The notes under the pieces are model-generated. The model saw only the letters and a program-made list of their open reading frames with translations, had not been told where the DNA came from and ran no database searches. From Candidatus Omnitrophota bacterium (GTDB lineage: Bacteria; Omnitrophota; Gorgyraeia; Duberdicusellales; 4484-171), in contig WJJJ01000022.1 in assembly GCA_014729775.1 (NCBI GenBank), positions 13,313 through 77,312 on the forward strand: a stretch of DNA of 64,000 bases, read 5' to 3'. Numbering within the stretch: position 1 is the first letter of the stretch; each line of letters opens with the position of its first letter. The position numbers were made by a program, and so were the translations under genes. Shown in pieces: positions 61,901-64,000 of the stretch.

Positions 61901-64000
61901 CTCCCTGACACCCCGAAACATCCTGAATATGCAGATCGGTCCCGCTCACGAAAAACGGATTCTCGTTGAGCGAATTGGCATCTTCCGAAGTCGCGGCCTG
62001 CCAGTCAGAAAGGGTTGTCTGAGCGCCGGCATAATAGCCGATAGTGGCTCCGGCCGGGGCGTAGAGATTATTGTAATCCGAATTAAACGTGTAGGTAGCT
62101 TTATCGCCACGGGCGTAAAAACAATAGTCTCCCGAGTTCCCGGAGGTAAGATGCATGATGTTGTTTCGGAAATCTCCGTTCGTACCCTGGTAGCGATACA
62201 GACAGATGTCGTCATCCAGATACAGGGAATTAAAATACATTTCGGTATCGTCACAGCGGTACAGGTACACGCCGTAGTTCCCGACGTTATAAATCATATT
62301 ATTATAAATCTGTATGCCGTCGGCATACCGCAAATACATCCCAAACAGATCACCGTTGATCTCATTGCCGCGAATCACATTGTTGTCGCAGTTATCGTGC
62401 ACTCTGATCCCGGTATAGTTCCCGGAAGTCCCGACGTTATAAATATAGTTTCCGCTGATCACGTTGTTGCCGGCGCCGTTCTCCAATAAAATCCCGTGCT
62501 CACTGCAGTTAGTAATATCAAAACCGTCAAGGGTAATGTAATCGGCCCCGTCCAGATAAAATACGTAGGTGCCTCCTTCCACGGTCACCGACTCCCCGGC
62601 GGCCTCCTGGATGATGATGGTGTTGACCGCGCTGACGCCGGCAATTTCGGCAATGTCGACCTGGCCCATGTAGGTACCCGAATACACGTCGATCGTCACC
62701 GCCCCGCTCACTCCGCTGAATTCTAAATCGCTGACTGCGGCAATGATCGTCAGGTAATCGCCGCTGCCGTCCTGTTTGACAGTATAGGTCCCGCTCATTT
62801 TCGCCGGGGCGGGGTTGAGATTTTCATCGGCACCGATATCCGGAGGCGTACCGCGCGCGTCGCCGTCGTAATCAGCACTGACCCCGGCAACGGCATTACC
62901 TGCGCCTTGACAGGGTGAGTTATCCTGGATATGGAGGTCGGTTGAGGACACAAACTGGGGATTGAGGGCAATGGAATTGGCATCCTGCCCGGTAGCCGCC
63001 TGCCAGTTGGCCAGAGTACTTTGGGCGCCGCCGTAGTAACCGGTACTCGCGCCGGCCGGCGCGTAGAAGTCGTTATAATCGGAGGTGAATCCGCTTCCCT
63101 GGGCGTAGATACAGTAATACCCGGCGTTGGTCGAGGTGTTGAGCAACACGTTATTTTCAATCGTGTTCCCGCTGCCGTTGACTACCCGCAGGCACCGGCC
63201 GAAGGTGTGATAGACTGAATTGAAATAGACATCGGTATTGGAAGTAACATCCAGATAGATCCCATAATAATCACCAAGGATCATGTTATTTACAATACTG
63301 TTGCCGGCAGTGTAGGCGTCACAGTACACGCCCGAATAATTACCACTGTTGCCGATGTTATGGATGTAGTTCTTGCTGATGGTATTGTAATTGGCGTAGT
63401 TGGAAAGGTATACCCCGTGCCGGTTGGTGTTGGAGATATCAAACCCTTCGATCGTAACGTAATCGGCACCGTCTAAATGAAACGCGTAATCACTGCCCTC
63501 GACCGCCGCGTTCTCTCCGGCCGCCTGGCGGATGACCACCGGATTGGCGGCACTCGCCCCGGGGATTTCCTCGATCGTCACCTCGTTCATGTACGTTCCG
63601 GTATACACATCAATGGTCACCCCTGGCGCGGCGACCCCGCGGTATTCCAGATCGGCAACCACGTCGATGAGCCGGGTGTAGTCGCCGCCTCCGCCCTGCT
63701 GTACGGTGTACGTCCCGCTTAACGGCGCCGGCGGCGCGTTTAGATTCTCATCGGCGCCGATATCCGGTGGCGTGCCGCGCGCGTCCCCGTCGTAGTCAGC
63801 CGCAATTCCCCCGACCGCATTCCCCGCTCCCTGGCAGGGCGAAGCGTCCTGGATGTGCAGATCGGCCGCGTCCGTAAAAAACGGATTGGTGGAGATCGAA
63901 TTGGCGTCCTCAGCCGTCGCGGCCTGCCAGTGAGCCAGGGTGTTTTGCGCGCCGCCGTAGAAGCCGACGTTGGCGCCGTTGGGTGCGTACAGGTCGTTGT
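49947..64000 (-). CDS. Giant repetitive extracellular protein with tandem right-handed parallel beta-helix modules (5' end outside window, >4,680 aa)
   Basis: The frame stays open from 63662 to the window edge (NDLYAPNG...DIGADEN...). 14 DIGADEN-terminated modules; acidic, rich in N/Y/G/D. Confidence 0.93.
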   Translation of the reverse strand, partial: NDLYAPNGANVGFYGGAQNTLAHWQAATAEDANSISTNPFFTDAADLHIQDASPCQGAGNAVGGIAADYDGDARGTPPDIGADENLNAPPAPLSGTYTVQQGGGGDYTRLIDVVADLEYRGVAAPGVTIDVYTGTYMNEVTIEEIPGASAANPVVIRQAAGENAAVEGSDYAFHLDGADYVTIEGFDISNTNRHGVYLSNYANYNTISKNYIHNIGNSGNYSGVYCDAYTAGNSIVNNMILGDYYGIYLDVTSNTDVYFNSVYHTFGRCLRVVNGSGNTIENNVLLNTSTNAGYYCIYAQGSGFTSDYNDFYAPAGASTGYYGGAQSTLANWQAATGQDANSIALNPQFVSSTDLHIQDNSPCQGAGNAVAGVSADYDGDARGTPPDIGADENLNPAPAKMSGTYTVKQDGSGDYLTIIAAVSDLEFSGVSGAVTIDVYSGTYMGQVDIAEIAGVSAVNTIIIQEAAGESVTVEGGTYVFYLDGADYITLDGFDITNCSEHGILLENGAGNNVISGNYIYNVGTSGNYTGIRVHDNCDNNVIRGNEINGDLFGMYLRYADGIQIYNNMIYNVGNYGVYLYRCDDTEMYFNSLYLDDDICLYRYQGTNGDFRNNIMHLTSGNSGDYCFYARGDKATYTFNSDYNNLYAPAGATIGYYAGAQTTLSDWQAATSEDANSLNENPFFVSGTDLHIQDVSGCQGAGVAIGGYPTDYDGDSRATPPDIGADENLNPPPAPMSGTYTVKPDGSGDYLTIVAAVSDLESKGVSGVVTVDVYSGTYMSQVDIGEIPGASAANTVTIQEASGETVTVEGNTYVFHLDGTDYLTVKGFDMTNVTQDGVFLENGANNNTIEGNNIYNIGTSSGASGVYVYDNCDDNSILGNEIDGDNNGIYMRYADGAVVANNLITGVNNYGIYLFRGDDAEVHYNSVSIDQDYCFRKYQGSNHDIKNNIFYNYSTNTGHYCMRFDGDVGSYPFTSDYNDIYAPNGANVAYYGGVRATLSDWQGASGQDANSISQNPQFVAVDDLHIEDVSPCQNSGTALAGYTADFEGDARGTPPDIGADENLNPPPVPMSGTYTVKQDGSGDYLTIVAAVSDLEFNGVNGPVIIDVYSGTYMSEVAISEITGAGSSNTVTFKESAGETVVVEGDTYGFYLDGADYIVIEGFEITGTDEHGIFLENAANNNVISNNYIHDVGTTGGYAGIRIDENCDFNEVEGNRIEGDRFGVYLRYADDSRIHNNMISDCYDYGIYIYRCDDIECNFNSVYIDGDRCLYKYQGTNGEYQNNVLYNYSSNSGFYCFYNADGDKATYSFTSDYNDLYAPVGANIGYYGSARVTLNDWQTATAEDANSISQNPQFTSSSDLHIQDASPCQGAGTALAGYTDDYDGDARADPPDIGADENPNPPPAALSGTYTVKQDGSGDYLTIVAAVSDLESKGVSGAVTIDVYSGTYMSQVDIGEIPGASAANTIAIQEASGETVVVEGNIYVFFLDGTDYLTLSGFEITNADEHGIYLTNGAQNNIITENYIHSVGDSGGYAGVYLDNNCHDNEISNNRIDGDRFGVYMQYSDNLSVYNNMITGVGDFGLYINRCDEGEFYFNSIHIDNDYCIYKFRGSDNDFQNNILSLTSTNAGDYCFYNGDGDIATYPFTSDYNDFYAPYGASAGYYNSVRDTLSDWQSATSQDANSISTNPYFASDSDLHLEDVSPCQGAGISAGGISDDYDGDARAATPDIGADENLNPPPAAMSGTYTVKTDGSGDYLTIIAAVSDLESNGVNGAVTVDVYSGTYTGQVDMEQIPGASAANTIIIQEASGESVEIDANGSTYIWYLDDTDYVTIRGFEMYESTQHGVYLTNFARYNTIEGNYIHDVGAEGNYAAIRLDDNSGNNTLLNNMILSDYYGVYLYQVSNVDVHFNSISNTFGRCIHKNQGSNNDFQNNILSNTSANANYYCFFNQDGDKATYSFTSDYNDFYAPNGVSAGYYGSARAALADWQTATAEDANSISGDPQFGSPQDLHIGYNSACQGQGTAIGGISGDYDGDSRAATPDIGADENTSAGNAMSGTYTVKKDGSGDYLSIGAAVNDLEALGVSGAVTIDVYSGTYAETIDLSAVTGAGAANTITIQEASGENVTVDAEGEENVVHLDGADYITIQGFELTDCTQDGVLLDNAATDNTITGNYLYGTGTGGNYSSVYIDTASNDNTVSANRMTADRYGVYLNSADGTVIDNNMIADASYAAIYMDDADNTEVYYNSIRQEVNRCIYKNQGTNNEFRNNAVFQVGNNLGYYCFFVADGDKSTYTFTSNYNDFYAPNARVGYYGGAQASLSDWQTATSEDANSISSDPDFLSSTNLHISNSSSCLAKGAGIAGFTTDFDGEARGTPPDIGADENLGGSTPMSGVYTVIAAGGGNYTAITQAASDLNDEGVSGWVRIDVYDGMYSGQVNLEDIPGASSSNTIAIREFPGEDVTVDGDTYGFYLSDSDYVTIDGFEITSCTEHGIYLDDYATNNTIQNNYIHTVGTSGNYAGIRVDADCDDNTIAGNEIVGDRYGLYLRYADGTSIYNNMIYDVGYYGVYIYRCDDMEFLFNSIDNDGGRCLYKYQGANGDYRNNILSNTSTNSGHYCFYNGDGDKASYSFTSDYNDFYVPSGASAGYYGGAQASLADWQTATAEDANSLSKNPRFTAADDLHIQNISPCQGAGISAGGISDDYDGDARAATPDIGADENLNAPPPPMSGSYTINQDGSGDYTSFSLAVDNLDALGVSGAVTFDVYDDGGGTYTEEVEIPEIVGAGSSNTITFREAAGESVLVNGDVYGFYLNGADYVIIEDFEITSCTEHGVYMTNGATNNILRDTYIYDAGTSGNYASVRIDTGCHDNEVSANTIEGDYYGLYLLLADRTQVYNNMIYEVNYYGIYMNRCDDTGVYFNSVYSDIGRSLYKYRGTGNEFQNNILYNNSTNSGYYCFYNADGDKATYSFSSDYNDLYAPNGASIGYYGSAQSTLGDWQTATSEDANSISQNPLFTSTSDLHIADASPCQGAGTSAGGVSDDYDDDARAATPDIGADENTNPPPPPMSGNYTIKQDGTGDYTSFSDAVSDLNLLGVGGAVVFDVYDDGGATYPEEVELSEISGASAANTITFQEAAGESVAINGDTYAFYLNGADYVTIQGFDITSTTQHGIYLTSGASNNVIEDNYLYGIGSGGNYAAIRLDTSCDDNEIAGNEIDGDYYGVYLYFADGTTIYNNMIYGVDYYGVYMNRANNTDCYFNSISNDNGRCIQKYRGTGNDFQNNVLYNSYTASNRYCFYVQDGDIATYPFTADYNDMYAPNGASIGYYGSDQAALSDWQTATGQDANSISQNPRFTAADDLHIADASPCQGAGTSAGGISDDFDGDARAATPDIGADENTNPVPPPMSGNYTINQDGSGDYTSFTLAVADLELLGVGGAVIFDVYDDGGANYVEEVEIGEIAGASSSNTITFREAAGESVLVNGDANAFYFDGADYITLQGFTITSTSEEAVYLVNGATNNVIKGNYFYSTGSGGNYAAIRLDTSCDDNEIAGNEIDGDYYGIYMYFADGNKIYNNMIYNAGNYGVYLNRCDNTEFYFNSIRHDGDYCLRKYRGLGNDFQNNVFANVSTNANDYCLRMDGAIGSYPYTSDYNDFYTPSGAHVAYNNGSDEETLADWQAATGQDANSIDRNPRFTAADDLHIADASPCQGAGISAAGISDDFDGDARAATPDIGADENTNPVPPPMSGGYTINQDGTGDYTSFALAVDDLEVLGVNGAVTFDVYDDGGANYVEEVEIGPIAGASAANTITFREAAGETVLVNGDQYAFFLDGADYIRLEGFDITSTTDHGVYLTDGATNNVIRENYIYNVGSGGNYAGIRIDTSCDDNEISGNEIAADYYGVYLYYADGTKVYNNMIYDTSGYGAYIYRCDDTEFYFNSIYMAVRCVLKFQGSNNDFQNNILYNHSTNSGHYCFYNQDGNIASYPFTSDYNDMYAPNGASIGYYGGVQSTLSDWQTATGQDANSFSSNPLYTSTTDLHIGDGSPCQNTGTALAGYSDDYDGDARADPPDIGADENLNPKPAPLSGTYTIKTDGSGDYVSFTAAVSDLVNRGVGGAVTFDVYSGTYVEEVSLEEVNGASSSNTITFQEALGETVTVNGSTYGFDLNSADFITIQGFDITSCTEHGIYLHNYATNNVIDGNYISGVGTSGNYANIYLDDNCNDNEIRNNTLEGDRFGIYFRYSAAVKVYNNMIYGMNGGYGIYLYRNTNAEVYYNSVSIVNDYCIYNYQGTGNDFQNNIMSISSNSTGDYCFYSADSNYTSDYNDFYAPNNAQAGRQGGSSYAELSDWVSGTGQDANSISRDPQFTSSTDLHIQDDSLCQQQGNAIAGYTTDFDGDARADPPDIGADENLNALSVPLLEWVGDIAAYTGDGLDPEIGGTTTTFSYRVRYTHYGDQAPDSIQVHLDENGLGAWTGYAMLEEDPGDTDYSDGKIYYYDTTFAWDPAGVMDNLSYYFTASEGGDSAVSLGTDPVPTDSSQAINAPDITKTISILITDPVPAEWNIPGIVGAGETVTMDSADKITIENDGDVNEQFSAQLTDPAAWSSGSSAGNDIYVMKCIFCGTSDVPGQFDFASDDVATTSEVSATSAIFAGFATNAESVPAGEERALYLQFVAPNPNTEKTEQTITVTIGCAEAP
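50800..64000 (-). repeat. About 1-kb (~335 aa) intragenic tandem repeat, 13 complete units plus 1 partial
   Basis: DIGADEN codons recur at approx. 50810, 51810, 52815, 53830, 54845, 55860, 56865, 57865, 58810, 59815, 60820, 61820, 62825 and 63750. Confidence 0.92.

Noticed and set aside
50919-63722. Long plus-strand ORFs (e.g. 54510-56375, 60927-62489) opposite the giant gene
   Set aside because: Antisense shadows produced by the codon bias of the real minus-strand gene; V/I/D-rich with no motifs.
50800-64000. Diversity-generating retroelement template/variable repeats
   Set aside because: No reverse transcriptase in the window, and the repeats are in-frame coding modules without adenine-specific mismatch patterns that I could see.

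Overview
Bacterial chromosomal window, moderately GC-rich, from an apparent diderm anaerobe. Gene content and the giant gene resemble Ca. Omnitrophota/PVC-type lineages; that taxonomy is inference only. All credible genes but one (a GAF-GGDEF) lie on the minus strand. Left to right: a truncated YchF-like gene and an EF-G2-type paralog behind a structured leader; queA; a diguanylate cyclase; an SMC lacking the canonical hinge; etfAB, purC and GTP-PEPCK; a GH65 plus betaPGM-OtsB trehalose pair; an MMPL/LolA-like/outer-membrane operon; an oxygen/iron-stress cluster (FprA, rubredoxin, four ferritin-fold proteins, xth, ldh); a candidate ~480-nt structured RNA; a canonical EF-G; an M48 protease; MarR-TolC-RND; a third EF-G fused to an N-terminal transmembrane helix, coiled coil and acidic linker; a RAYT transposase bracketed by inverted REP palindromes; and the 3' 14 kb of a giant (>4,680 aa) beta-helix repeat protein that runs off the window. 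The most striking feature is the apparently membrane-tethered, catalytically intact EF-G next to the giant protein gene. All calls come from motif reading by eye; no database searches were run.
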